Assembly (NCBI GenBank): GCA_902158745.1
Contig: CABGHH010000001.1
Coordinates: 1-31,926, forward strand
DNA: 31,926 bases
From: Candidatus Methanolliviera sp. GoM_asphalt
GTDB taxonomy: Archaea > Halobacteriota > Methanoliparia > Methanoliparales > Methanoliparaceae
Direction of reading: 5' to 3'
Position 1 is the first letter of the stretch; every line of letters starts with the position of its first letter. The notes beneath the pieces were generated by a model that saw only the letters and a program-made list of their open reading frames with translations, was not told where the DNA came from and searched no databases. Shown here in pieces: positions 15,770-24,018 of this stretch. The translations under genes and the position numbers were made by a program.

Positions 15770-16159
15770 ATGATCAAAGATCGAAGATCTGCGACTGTGC
15801 ACAAGACGAGATCAAAACAACCGAGAAAACAGAGAAGAGCTCTCTATAACGCACCTCTTCATCTTAGACAGAAGCTCGTTAGAGCCCCATTGAGCACGGA
15901 TCTAAGGGGGGAGTATGGGAAGAGAAGCGTCCAGGTTAGAAAGGGAGATAGCGTTTTGATAATGATGGGAGATGACAGAGGAAAGGAAGGTAAGGTTCAA
16001 AGGGTGGATCTGAGAAGCGTAAAGATATGGGTGGAAGGGCTGGTCATTGCGAAGGCCGATGGAACGGAAGTTCCAAGAGCCATTCACCCGTCGAACGTTA
16101 CGGTAACCAAATTAAACTTGGATGACGAGGAGAGAATAAAGATCTTGGAGAGGAAGTAA
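15770..16159 (+). CDS. rpl24: 50S ribosomal protein uL24 (about 12-aa N-terminal extension)
   Basis: SKQPRKQRRALYNAPLH, VRKGD.V.+M.GD, IHPSNV.+TKL. Confidence 0.96.
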   Translation: MIKDRRSATVHKTRSKQPRKQRRALYNAPLHLRQKLVRAPLSTDLRGEYGKRSVQVRKGDSVLIMMGDDRGKEGKVQRVDLRSVKIWVEGLVIAKADGTEVPRAIHPSNVTVTKLNLDDEERIKILERK

Positions 16160-16858
16160 ATGAGTGGATACCAGAAGAGGATATCGTCCCCAAGGGCGTG
16201 GCCCATCGGGAGAAAAGAGCATAAGTGGATCGTTAAGCCGATACCAGGCACTCATTCCATAGAGCGGAGCATACCCTTGCTCGTGCTTCTCAGAGATGTA
16301 CTCGGAGTTGTGGATAACGGCCATGAGGCAAAATATGCTCTTAGAAAGGGCCGCGTCTTGGTGGATGGCATAGTCAGGAAGGCTTACCGGTTTCCGGTTG
16401 GTCTATTCGATCTGATAAGTATTCTCCCCGATGAGAAACACTACAGGGTTTTATTGAGTCATCGTGGAAAGATAACGGTTAGAGAGACGGATGAGCCAAA
16501 GGTAAAGTTATGTAAGATAGAGAAGAAGCAGGTGGTTAGAGGTGGAAAGATACAGATGGGGTTGCACGATGGGACAAACATCCTTACAAATAATGATTAC
16601 AGGAGAAAGGACTCGATCATGATATCGGTTCCAGAGAGGGAGATCTTGAAACATATAAAATACGAAGCCGGCAGAGTTGCTCTGGTGACAGGCGGAAAGC
16701 ATACAGGGGAGGTAGGGAAGATAAAGAAGATAGAGGTTAGAGAGGGTTCAAATCCCAACATAGTGACGATCGAGATGGATGATAAAATTTTTGAGACGAT
16801 CGAGGATTATGCCTTCATTGTAGGCGAAGAAAAGCCTCTTCTAAATTTGGAGATCTAA
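16160..16858 (+). CDS. rps4e: 30S ribosomal protein eS4
   Basis: QKRISSP..WPI.RKE, PG.HS, VLVDG.VRK...FPVGLFD, TGGKH.G.VG.I. Confidence 0.96.
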   Translation: MSGYQKRISSPRAWPIGRKEHKWIVKPIPGTHSIERSIPLLVLLRDVLGVVDNGHEAKYALRKGRVLVDGIVRKAYRFPVGLFDLISILPDEKHYRVLLSHRGKITVRETDEPKVKLCKIEKKQVVRGGKIQMGLHDGTNILTNNDYRRKDSIMISVPEREILKHIKYEAGRVALVTGGKHTGEVGKIKKIEVREGSNPNIVTIEMDDKIFETIEDYAFIVGEEKPLLNLEI

Positions 16859-16859
16859 T

Positions 16860-17372
16860 ATGAGTGAGAACCCCATGAGAAAACCACGGATAGAGAAAGT
16901 TTTAGTGCATATGGGGGTAGGGGAGAGTGGCAAACAGCTTATAAATGCGGAGAAAGTCCTTGCGACGATCACCGGGCAAAAAACCACGAGAACCTTCGCC
17001 AAGAAGACAAGACCGGCATTTGGAATCAAGAAAGGAGAGCCAATAGGTTGTAAGGTTACCCTCAGAAAAAAGATGGCAAAGAACTTTCTAAAAGACGCCT
17101 TGAATGTGCTAAATAATATCATCGATGAAGATTGTTTTGACGAGACAGGAAATTTTTCTTTCGGGATGGAAGAGCATTTGGCATTTCCAAATATGAAATA
17201 TGATCCAGAGACAGGAATATTTGGTATGGACGTCACGGTGGTACTCGAGAGACCAGGAAAGAGGATCGAAAAGAGGAAGATAAAGCGTGGGAAAGTCCCT
17301 AAGGTGCATAAAATTAATAAAGAAGAGGCGATAGAATTTACCAAGGAACACTTGGGAGTGAAGGTGGAGTGA
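16860..17372 (+). CDS. rpl5: 50S ribosomal protein uL5
   Basis: NPMRKPRIEKV.VHMGVGESG, PIGCKVTLR, GNFSFG, GIFGMDV.VVLERPG. Confidence 0.97.
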   Translation: MSENPMRKPRIEKVLVHMGVGESGKQLINAEKVLATITGQKTTRTFAKKTRPAFGIKKGEPIGCKVTLRKKMAKNFLKDALNVLNNIIDEDCFDETGNFSFGMEEHLAFPNMKYDPETGIFGMDVTVVLERPGKRIEKRKIKRGKVPKVHKINKEEAIEFTKEHLGVKVE

Positions 17373-17549
17373 ATGGGAAAAAAACAAATCCCAAAGCGAT
17401 CACGTTCAAAGAAGACGTTTGGCCGAGGGGCAAATGAGTGTAGAAGATGCGGAAGGAAACAGGGACTCATTCGGAGATACGACATCTATCTCTGTAGACA
17501 GTGTTTTAGAGAGGTTGCCAGCGAGATGGGGTTTAAAAAATATAGGTGA
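17373..17549 (+). CDS. rps14: 30S ribosomal protein uS14 (zinc-binding type, 58 aa)
   Basis: Below the ORF-track cutoff; manual translation [58 protein letters not shown] with CxxC...CxxC. Confidence 0.96.
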   Translation: MGKKQIPKRSRSKKTFGRGANECRRCGRKQGLIRRYDIYLCRQCFREVASEMGFKKYR

Positions 17550-17554
17550 TTATT

Positions 17555-17944
17555 ATGTTACATGATCCACTTTCAGATGCCCTATCATCTATAAAAAATG
17601 CTGAGATGGGTGGAAAATTGGAAGGTGTTATAAAACCCTCTTCGAAGATTATAGGAAACGTTCTTAAGGTATTCCATGAGCGAGGTTTCATAGAGGAGTT
17701 CGAGTTCATCGAAGACGGGCATGGAGGTAAATTTGGGGTGAAGCTCCTTGGGAAGATAAATGATTGTGGGGTAATTAAACCGAGACACTCCGTCAAGAGG
17801 GGAGAATTTGAGAAGTGGGAGAAGAGATATCTGCCGGCAAAGAACGTTGGCAGTCTGATACTCTCGACCTCGAGAGGCATAATCTCTCACCAAGATGCCG
17901 AAGAAGAGAAGATCGGTGGGGTGCTTTTAGCATTCATATATTAG
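17555..17944 (+). CDS. rps8: 30S ribosomal protein uS8
   Basis: MLHDPLSDALS.IKNAE, EFIEDG.GG.F, GKINDCGVIKPR, EKRYLPA; ends AFIY-TAG. Confidence 0.96.
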   Translation: MLHDPLSDALSSIKNAEMGGKLEGVIKPSSKIIGNVLKVFHERGFIEEFEFIEDGHGGKFGVKLLGKINDCGVIKPRHSVKRGEFEKWEKRYLPAKNVGSLILSTSRGIISHQDAEEEKIGGVLLAFIY

Positions 17945-17953
17945 GTGCCTTTT

Positions 17954-18472
17954 ATGAGAAGAGAGCTAAATATACCAGGGGATGTTGAAATTACCATCGA
18001 TAAGGATGTAATAGAGGTGAAGGGGCCAAAAGGGGCGCTAAAAGAGAGATTATTCTATATTGGCGTTGAGATATTTAAAGAGGATACTAAAGTAATTGTA
18101 AGTACTCAAAAAAGCAAAAAAGAACACAGATCCATCATAGGCACGTTTGCATCCCACATAAACAACATGATGGTCGGAATTACGAGAGGATTCGAGTACA
18201 AACTTAAGGTGGTTTATGCACACTTTCCCATCCAACTTGAACTCAAAGATGATAAACTCGTCATAAATAATTTTTTGGGGGAGAAGAAATCGAGAGTGGC
18301 CAAGATCGTTGGGGATGCAGAGGTGAAGATAGATAAGGATATTATAACGGTTACTGGGGCGGCTAAGGAAGAGGTTGGACAGACCGCCGCTAATATGGAA
18401 CAAAGCACCAAGATCAGAAGAAGGGATCCAAGGGTCTTTCAAGATGGTATCTACCTCATAAGTAGGGGATAG
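17954..18472 (+). CDS. rpl6: 50S ribosomal protein uL6
   Basis: V.GPKG.L, GFEYKLKVVYAHFP, NFLGEK, DPRVFQDGIY; ATG 17954 follows an AGGTG RBS. Confidence 0.96.
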   Translation: MRRELNIPGDVEITIDKDVIEVKGPKGALKERLFYIGVEIFKEDTKVIVSTQKSKKEHRSIIGTFASHINNMMVGITRGFEYKLKVVYAHFPIQLELKDDKLVINNFLGEKKSRVAKIVGDAEVKIDKDIITVTGAAKEEVGQTAANMEQSTKIRRRDPRVFQDGIYLISRG

Positions 18473-18474
18473 TG

Positions 18475-18524
18475 ATGTGGGCAAATCGAAGATTTGCACA
18501 TCAAAAATCGGAGATTTTTGAATG
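18475..18524 (+). repeat. Double-hairpin element, copy 3, between rpl6 and rpl32e
   Basis: ATG-TGGGCAAATC[GAA]GATTTGCACA-TCAAAAATC[GGA]GATTTTTGA-ATG; 44 nt between the two ATGs. Confidence 0.88.
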
Positions 18525-18908
18525 GGAGAAGAGCAGAGATTATTGAGAGTTCGTAGCACACAAAAGCATAAAAAACCAAGCTTCTCCAGATATGGCTCTA
18601 AATATAAAAAAAGAGTTAAAGAAGCGTGGAGAAGACCAAGAGGGAGACAAAATAAACAGAGGCGTAGAAAAGTATCAAAACCGGCGGTTGTTAAGGTAGG
18701 ATATGGTTCTCCTGCACTTGTTAAAGGGTTACACCCTTCTGGGCTTGAAGACACGCTCGTAAGAAACATTAAAGAGCTGAAAAAAGTCGATCCCGAAAAA
18801 CAGTTGGTTAGAATCGCGAGAACCGTCGGCAGAAAAAAGAGATTGGAGATAGAAGAGAGAGCAGAAGAGATTGGGATAAAGATCATTAATATGGTGAAGG
18901 AACTATGA
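18522..18908 (+). CDS. rpl32e: 50S ribosomal protein eL32
   Basis: KP.F.R, WRRPRG..NKQRR, V.VGYGSP...+GLHPSG. Confidence 0.96.
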   Translation: MGEEQRLLRVRSTQKHKKPSFSRYGSKYKKRVKEAWRRPRGRQNKQRRRKVSKPAVVKVGYGSPALVKGLHPSGLEDTLVRNIKELKKVDPEKQLVRIARTVGRKKRLEIEERAEEIGIKIINMVKEL

Positions 18909-19354
18909 CAGATCTTTCCATGCAGAAAAATCTTGCGGCAAAAGTGATGAAGATTGGAAAAAATAGGGTTAGACTCGACCCGGAAAAGGGCGAGGATATC
19001 GCCGTTGCAATAACGAGAGATGATATAAGAGGGCTGATAGAGGATGGTGCTATCAAAAAAATTCAAAAGAAAGGGGTGAGTAGAGGAAGAGCAAGAGAAA
19101 GAGATGCAAAGAGGGCGTATGGCCACAGAAAAGGTCATGGAAAGAGAAAAGGCGCCAAAAATGCTCGTTCTTCTAAGAAAGGAAGATGGATGAAGACCGT
19201 GAGGGCACAGAGAAGGTATTTGAGAGGGCTAAGAGACGGAGAGGAGATAGACAGATCAGATTACAGGATGCTTTACAACAAATCTAAGGGCGGAGAATTT
19301 AGGAGTATCAGGCTCTTGGATACCTATATTAAGATGAATAATATTAGAAGGTGA
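18905..19354 (+). CDS. rpl19e: 50S ribosomal protein eL19
   Basis: L..QK.LAA.VMK.GKNRV.LDP, AITRDDIR.LI, G.GKRKG.K.AR, KGGEF. Confidence 0.97.
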   Translation: MTDLSMQKNLAAKVMKIGKNRVRLDPEKGEDIAVAITRDDIRGLIEDGAIKKIQKKGVSRGRARERDAKRAYGHRKGHGKRKGAKNARSSKKGRWMKTVRAQRRYLRGLRDGEEIDRSDYRMLYNKSKGGEFRSIRLLDTYIKMNNIRR

Positions 19355-19359
19355 CTTAT

Positions 19360-19875
19360 ATGGCAAAAGGCCCCAGATATAGGGTTCCCTTTAGGAGGAG
19401 AAGGGAAAATAAGACCAACTATCCAAAAAGATTGAAGTTATTGTCGTCAAAAAGACCGCGGATTGTTGTGAGAAAAACGAATAAAAATATGATCATCCAG
19501 CTCGTTGGATTGGGCAATAAAGGAGATATCACCTCGATCTCGGCCATTACGGGAGAGCTAATAAAGTATGGATATGATCTTCCCACAGGTAATATTCCCG
19601 CTGCTTACCTAACCGGGCTCCTCTTTGGTTTAAAAGCAAAAGCGAGATTGGAAGGAATGGATGGGGCTATATTAGACACCGGTTTAAATACATCGGTTAA
19701 AGGATCGAGGATATATGCCTCACTAAAAGGCATGCTTGATGCAGGAATGAGCATTCCGCATGATCCAAAAATTTTGCCTGACGAAAGAACAGTTGAAGGA
19801 GAACGGATGGGGGTTCAAGAGAAGATTGGAAAAGTGAAGGAGATCGTTATATCGTCTTTTGGGGAATATCAATGA
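19360..19875 (+). CDS. rpl18: 50S ribosomal protein uL18
   Basis: [43 protein letters not shown]. Confidence 0.96.
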   Translation: MAKGPRYRVPFRRRRENKTNYPKRLKLLSSKRPRIVVRKTNKNMIIQLVGLGNKGDITSISAITGELIKYGYDLPTGNIPAAYLTGLLFGLKAKARLEGMDGAILDTGLNTSVKGSRIYASLKGMLDAGMSIPHDPKILPDERTVEGERMGVQEKIGKVKEIVISSFGEYQ

Positions 19876-20537
19876 AGAGAAGATCGTCGAAGAGAGATGG
19901 AAAGAAGCAAAAAAGATTTAGCCCGGTGCGGAAAGACTGGAATCCCAGAACGAGGCTTGGTCATCTTGTACATGAAAAAGAGATACGTGATATAGATGAG
20001 GCATTAACGATTGATTATCCCTTAAAAGAGGTGGAGATAGTCGATCTTCTACTTCCAGATCTGGAAGATGAGGTTCTCGACATAAATATGGTTCAGAGGA
20101 TGACGGATTCCGGTAGAAGAGTAAAATTCACTGCCACGATCGTCGTTGGGAATAGGAGAGGATATGTGGGCGTCGGTGTCGGAAAGGATGCCGAGGTTGG
20201 GAATGCAATACGAAAAGGTGTCAATGCGGCAAAACTCAATATAGTTAAAGTTATGCGGGGGTGCGGTTCATGGGAGTGCATGTGCGGAACCCCACACAGC
20301 GTTCCGTACAAGATTGAGGGTAAGTCTGGTAGTGTTAAAATAACGCTGATTCCTGCACCAAAAGGTCTCGGTTTAGCTTCTGGGGAAAAGGCGAAGAAGG
20401 TTTTGGAGTTGGCCGGAATAAAGGATGTCTGGACAAGAACGGAAGGTAGCACGAGAACAAGCATGAATTTTGCCAAGGCGACGTATAACGCCCTTAAAAA
20501 CTTATCAACGGTCAAAGGTGTAAAGGTGGAAGGGTAA
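19872..20537 (+). CDS. rps5: 30S ribosomal protein uS5
   Basis: [44 protein letters not shown]. Confidence 0.97.
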   Translation: MKRRSSKRDGKKQKRFSPVRKDWNPRTRLGHLVHEKEIRDIDEALTIDYPLKEVEIVDLLLPDLEDEVLDINMVQRMTDSGRRVKFTATIVVGNRRGYVGVGVGKDAEVGNAIRKGVNAAKLNIVKVMRGCGSWECMCGTPHSVPYKIEGKSGSVKITLIPAPKGLGLASGEKAKKVLELAGIKDVWTRTEGSTRTSMNFAKATYNALKNLSTVKGVKVEG

Positions 20538-20540
20538 AAA

Positions 20541-21002
20541 ATGTACGCAGTAGTGAGACTTCGTGGGAGTGTAAACGTCAGAAGAGGAATAAAGGATACG
20601 TTGAAGATGCTGAGGCTTCATAAAGTGAACCACTGTATCTTTTTAGGCGAGGATAAATATTCTAATGGAATGCTCCAAAAAGTTAAGGATTATGTGGCAT
20701 GGGGTGAGATAGACAGAGACACCTTTAAATTGATTCTGGAGGAGAGGGGAAGAATGATAGGGGGAAAGAGGTTAAAAGAACACTCCTTCAAAGAAGACTC
20801 AGATTTTCACTCTTTGGACGAATTTGCAGATGCTCTCTTCACCGGTAAAATGAATCTAAAGGATGTTTCATATTTAAAACCGGTCTTTAGATTACATCCT
20901 CCCAGAAAAGGGCACAAGGGCATAAAAAAGAGTTTTAAGGAGGGGGGAGAGCTGGGTTACCACGGAGATCAAATAAATGAACTTCTTACTCAGATGAGGT
21001 GA
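20541..21002 (+). CDS. rpl30: 50S ribosomal protein uL30
   Basis: MYAVVRLRG, GMLQKVKDYVAWGE, PVFRLHPPRKG, GG.LGY.G..IN.LL..M. Confidence 0.97.
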   Translation: MYAVVRLRGSVNVRRGIKDTLKMLRLHKVNHCIFLGEDKYSNGMLQKVKDYVAWGEIDRDTFKLILEERGRMIGGKRLKEHSFKEDSDFHSLDEFADALFTGKMNLKDVSYLKPVFRLHPPRKGHKGIKKSFKEGGELGYHGDQINELLTQMR

Positions 21003-21010
21003 TCTAATCA

Positions 21011-21463
21011 ATGGTAAAAGATAAGACGAGTAAGTATAGAGGGTCCAGGACTTGCGGTGGAGGAAACGCCAAGAAACGTAGAGGGGGCGGGAGCAAAGGA
21101 GGAAGGGGGAATGCAGGGCCATTCAAACATCATTTTGTTAGAACTATACTTAAGGGAGTTAGAAGAGGGAAATATGGTTTTAAGAGGCCCCCTGCAGTTA
21201 TAGAAGAGAAAAATACCATCAATGTTGGAAAATTGGATGAAATAGCCCAAAATCTCGTCTTTAGGGGGCTGGCCACAGAAGAAGGCAGCTTCATAAAGGT
21301 GGATATGAAGAATCTTGGGATAGATAAAGTCCTCGGTTCTGGAAGCATTAGAAAGAATAGAAAGTTACGTATCACATCAAAGGCGTTCTCGGTGAAAGCC
21401 GTAGAAAAGATTGAGGAAAGCGGAGGAGAGGTCATCTTTGCCGAGGCAAATATGCCAGAATAG
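21011..21463 (+). CDS. rpl15: 50S ribosomal protein uL15
   Basis: YRGSRTCGGG..KKRRG.G..GGRG.AG, GKYGF.RP, KVLGSG, A.EKIE..GG. Confidence 0.97.
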   Translation: MVKDKTSKYRGSRTCGGGNAKKRRGGGSKGGRGNAGPFKHHFVRTILKGVRRGKYGFKRPPAVIEEKNTINVGKLDEIAQNLVFRGLATEEGSFIKVDMKNLGIDKVLGSGSIRKNRKLRITSKAFSVKAVEKIEESGGEVIFAEANMPE

Positions 21464-21473
21464 AGATTTTTAA

Positions 21474-22955
21474 ATGTCTGACACACAGCTAAGATACATC
21501 TTTGAGCCTCTTCTAAGAAAAATTCCGGCTGTGGAACGGCCATTTGGCCATGTTCACTTCAAGGTTAAGCTGGGGTGGACGCTTGGGATACTCGTCCTCT
21601 ACTTTGCGCTGATGGAGGTGCCACTCTTTGGGCTACAGCCAGAGTTAAGAGATTTCTTCGGAGATTTTAGGGCTATAATGGGCGGAGCTCAAGGGTCCAT
21701 CATACAACTCGGCATAGGGCCGATCGTGATGGCATCCATAATCTTACAGCTTTTGGTCGGGGCAAAAGTTATAGACCTCAACTTGGGTGACCCAAGAGAC
21801 CAGGCTATTTACCAGGGCACGCAAAAGCTTCTCGTCCTCGTCATGATCGTAGCGGAGAGCCTTCCACTAATATTGGGAGGAGCCATAAGACCAGATCTGC
21901 TTCTCGCATCTAACCTTGGAATTTCCCCCAATTTCCTGCTCTTCATAATATTCATACAGATGGCGATAGGTGGCATCCTGATAATGCTCATGGATGAGGT
22001 CGTATCCAAGTGGGGAATAGGTTCCGGTGTAGGTCTATTCATACTTGCAGGCGTCTCTCAATCTCTCGTAGTCGGAATGTTCAATCCGATAAATAGAGCG
22101 GGTGTTATATGGAGATGGGGCGAGATGGCAAAGGTTGGTACTTCCGCAATCCTTTCGAGAGAGATGCTCCTCGGGCAAGGACAAATTTTAGCCTTGATAA
22201 GCACGATAATCGTATTTTTGGTGGTGATATACGCGGAGGGTATGAGGGTGGAGATTCCGCTCTCTCACCATGCGGTCAGGGGTGCGAGAGGCAGATATCC
22301 CATAAAGCTCATCTATGCAAGCGTTCTCCCTATGATCCTCGTTAGGTCATTACAGGCCGTTGTGCAGATCTTTGGAACGCTCTTATGGAACTCTAAAATT
22401 CCTCTCATCGGGCATAACCCCTGGATAGGCGCTTACGCAGAGAACAACGTCCCTATCTCTGGATTGATGTACTATCTAAACCCAATCAAAGATCCTTATG
22501 ATTGGATACCATCCCTTGTGGTTCATAAATTCCAGCTGATGGGCGAGATTCCTCCACAGACATGGCAGATCATTCTGCACCTCTTTACAGATGCCACCGT
22601 TCTGATCGTTGGAGGAATCATATTCGCGATATTTTGGGTTGAGGTGAGCAATATGAATGCAGAAGCCGTGGCAAATCAGATCCATAGCTCTGGACTGCAA
22701 ATACCGGGTTTCAGGAGGAGTCCAACGATGCTCAAAAAGAGATTAGAAAATTATATACCACAGATCACCGTTTTAGGAGGAGCAACGATAGGTGCACTTA
22801 CCCTATTTGCGAGCTTATTTGGCCTAATTGGGGGGGTGACCGGAACTGGAATGCTCCTTGCCGTAGGCATAGCATATAAGCTGTATGAAGATATGGCATC
22901 TCAACAGATGATGGAGATGTATCCCATGATGAGGAGATTTTTGGGGACGGAGTGA
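21474..22955 (+). CDS. secY: Protein translocase subunit SecY
   Basis: LGIGPIVMASIILQLLVG, DEVVSKWGIGSGVGLFI, YPIKLIYAS..P, QIPGFR, GTG.LLAVGI.Y.LYE. Confidence 0.97.
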   Translation: MSDTQLRYIFEPLLRKIPAVERPFGHVHFKVKLGWTLGILVLYFALMEVPLFGLQPELRDFFGDFRAIMGGAQGSIIQLGIGPIVMASIILQLLVGAKVIDLNLGDPRDQAIYQGTQKLLVLVMIVAESLPLILGGAIRPDLLLASNLGISPNFLLFIIFIQMAIGGILIMLMDEVVSKWGIGSGVGLFILAGVSQSLVVGMFNPINRAGVIWRWGEMAKVGTSAILSREMLLGQGQILALISTIIVFLVVIYAEGMRVEIPLSHHAVRGARGRYPIKLIYASVLPMILVRSLQAVVQIFGTLLWNSKIPLIGHNPWIGAYAENNVPISGLMYYLNPIKDPYDWIPSLVVHKFQLMGEIPPQTWQIILHLFTDATVLIVGGIIFAIFWVEVSNMNAEAVANQIHSSGLQIPGFRRSPTMLKKRLENYIPQITVLGGATIGALTLFASLFGLIGGVTGTGMLLAVGIAYKLYEDMASQQMMEMYPMMRRFLGTE

Positions 22956-22960
22956 GTTTT

Positions 22961-23614
22961 ATGGATATAAAAGATTTGGCGGGAAAGATCGCTCTTGTGG
23001 TCGGTTTCGGTTTGATGTTCGGCATAATGATCGGGGGTCAGGGATTTAGAGATTCTGTAGGACTCTCTGTAAACTTCATCTTTCACCCATTGGCCGATAT
23101 TCTAACCGCGAGCAATCTACACATCTTAATCCTGATCCTTTCTGCTTTGACAGGTCTTTATACCGCATTGATCCAGAAGTATACGATGGACTGGGATCTC
23201 ATGAAGAGAGTCCAGACGAAGATGAAGAAGTTCCAGGTGGAATACAAGAAGGCTCAACTATCTGGAGATAAGGAAAGATTGATGAAGTTGAGTGAAGAGA
23301 GCAAAAAAACGATGGGGGAGAGCGTAGAGATGCAGAAGCAACAGCTTAAGCCTATGGGATACATATCCATACTGACCATTCCGCTCTTCATGTGGCTCTA
23401 CGTATATTTGAGTGAGGTGTACGGTGTCTATGGATGGGGTGCGGTGAGTACTTCTATCACCGGTCCAAGCTTTATCTTTCCCTTCTTCGGCAGTAAACTA
23501 CTCGTCGATACGGTATTTTGGGGCTTTCAGTGGTGGTTACTTTGGTATTTCGTCTGTTCCCTCTTCTTCGGGCAGATATTCATGAAGGCATTAAATACGG
23601 GTATGAGCACTTGA
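22961..23614 (+). CDS. DUF106 / EMC3-TMCO1 (Oxa1 superfamily) membrane protein
   Basis: Hydrophobic helices, coiled-coil (LMKRVQTKMKKFQ.EYKKAQ..GD...L.KL), KPM...I.TIP.F.W, W..WY..CS; usual position after secY. Start may be GTG 22952. Confidence 0.88.
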   Translation: MDIKDLAGKIALVVGFGLMFGIMIGGQGFRDSVGLSVNFIFHPLADILTASNLHILILILSALTGLYTALIQKYTMDWDLMKRVQTKMKKFQVEYKKAQLSGDKERLMKLSEESKKTMGESVEMQKQQLKPMGYISILTIPLFMWLYVYLSEVYGVYGWGAVSTSITGPSFIFPFFGSKLLVDTVFWGFQWWLLWYFVCSLFFGQIFMKALNTGMST

Positions 23615-23640
23615 GAACTATCCAACGGTGAGGTGAAAAG

Positions 23641-24018
23641 ATGGCAAACGATCTTCTCGGTTCTTTTAGAAAGGTAGGATTAGCAGCGCTTTATGATCTG
23701 GTCGTACCGGCAATTTTAGAAAAAATTGAGAGAGTAACTCCTCAAGATATCCGCGATTCTATAGACGAGTGGAAAGACCCGTGGGAGTATATTCCTGCCG
23801 AGATGAAAGAGATCCTATTTGAGATGGTCAGGAGATATAAACAGCTTATCAAGAAGTATATTAACACGATAACGCCGGAGATGATGATGGATCTGTTATT
23901 AAAAGCGAGAAGAGATTTGGCCGGAGCTATTATAGATCACAGAGACGGGGATAGGTGGTGGGAATGGTGGATAGGGCTGGCGAAAGAGAGGATATTGAAG
24001 GAGATATCAAAATCATGA
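23641..24018 (+). CDS. Hypothetical 125-aa helical protein
   Basis: GAGGTGA RBS, ATG start and ATGA overlap with the next gene; no family recognised. Confidence 0.8.
   Translation: MANDLLGSFRKVGLAALYDLVVPAILEKIERVTPQDIRDSIDEWKDPWEYIPAEMKEILFEMVRRYKQLIKKYINTITPEMMMDLLLKARRDLAGAIIDHRDGDRWWEWWIGLAKERILKEISKS

Noticed and set aside
17942-17953. Genome-wide reassignment of TAG to an amino acid, suggested by two in-frame ambers
   Set aside because: rps8 ends at its conserved terminus (AFIY) with TAG and rpl6 follows in the same frame, so obligatory read-through would fuse a 30S and a 50S protein; rpl6, rpl15 and the NuoE-like gene also end in TAG. Only partial or context-dependent read-through remains possible.
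18050-19138. Long antisense ORFs in the track (18050-19138, 2924-3619, 16841-17485, 11896-12486, 13987-14454 and others)
   Set aside because: They shadow well-conserved genes on the opposite strand, have Ser/Phe/Leu-rich composition typical of reverse-complemented purine-rich coding DNA, and show no recognisable motifs.
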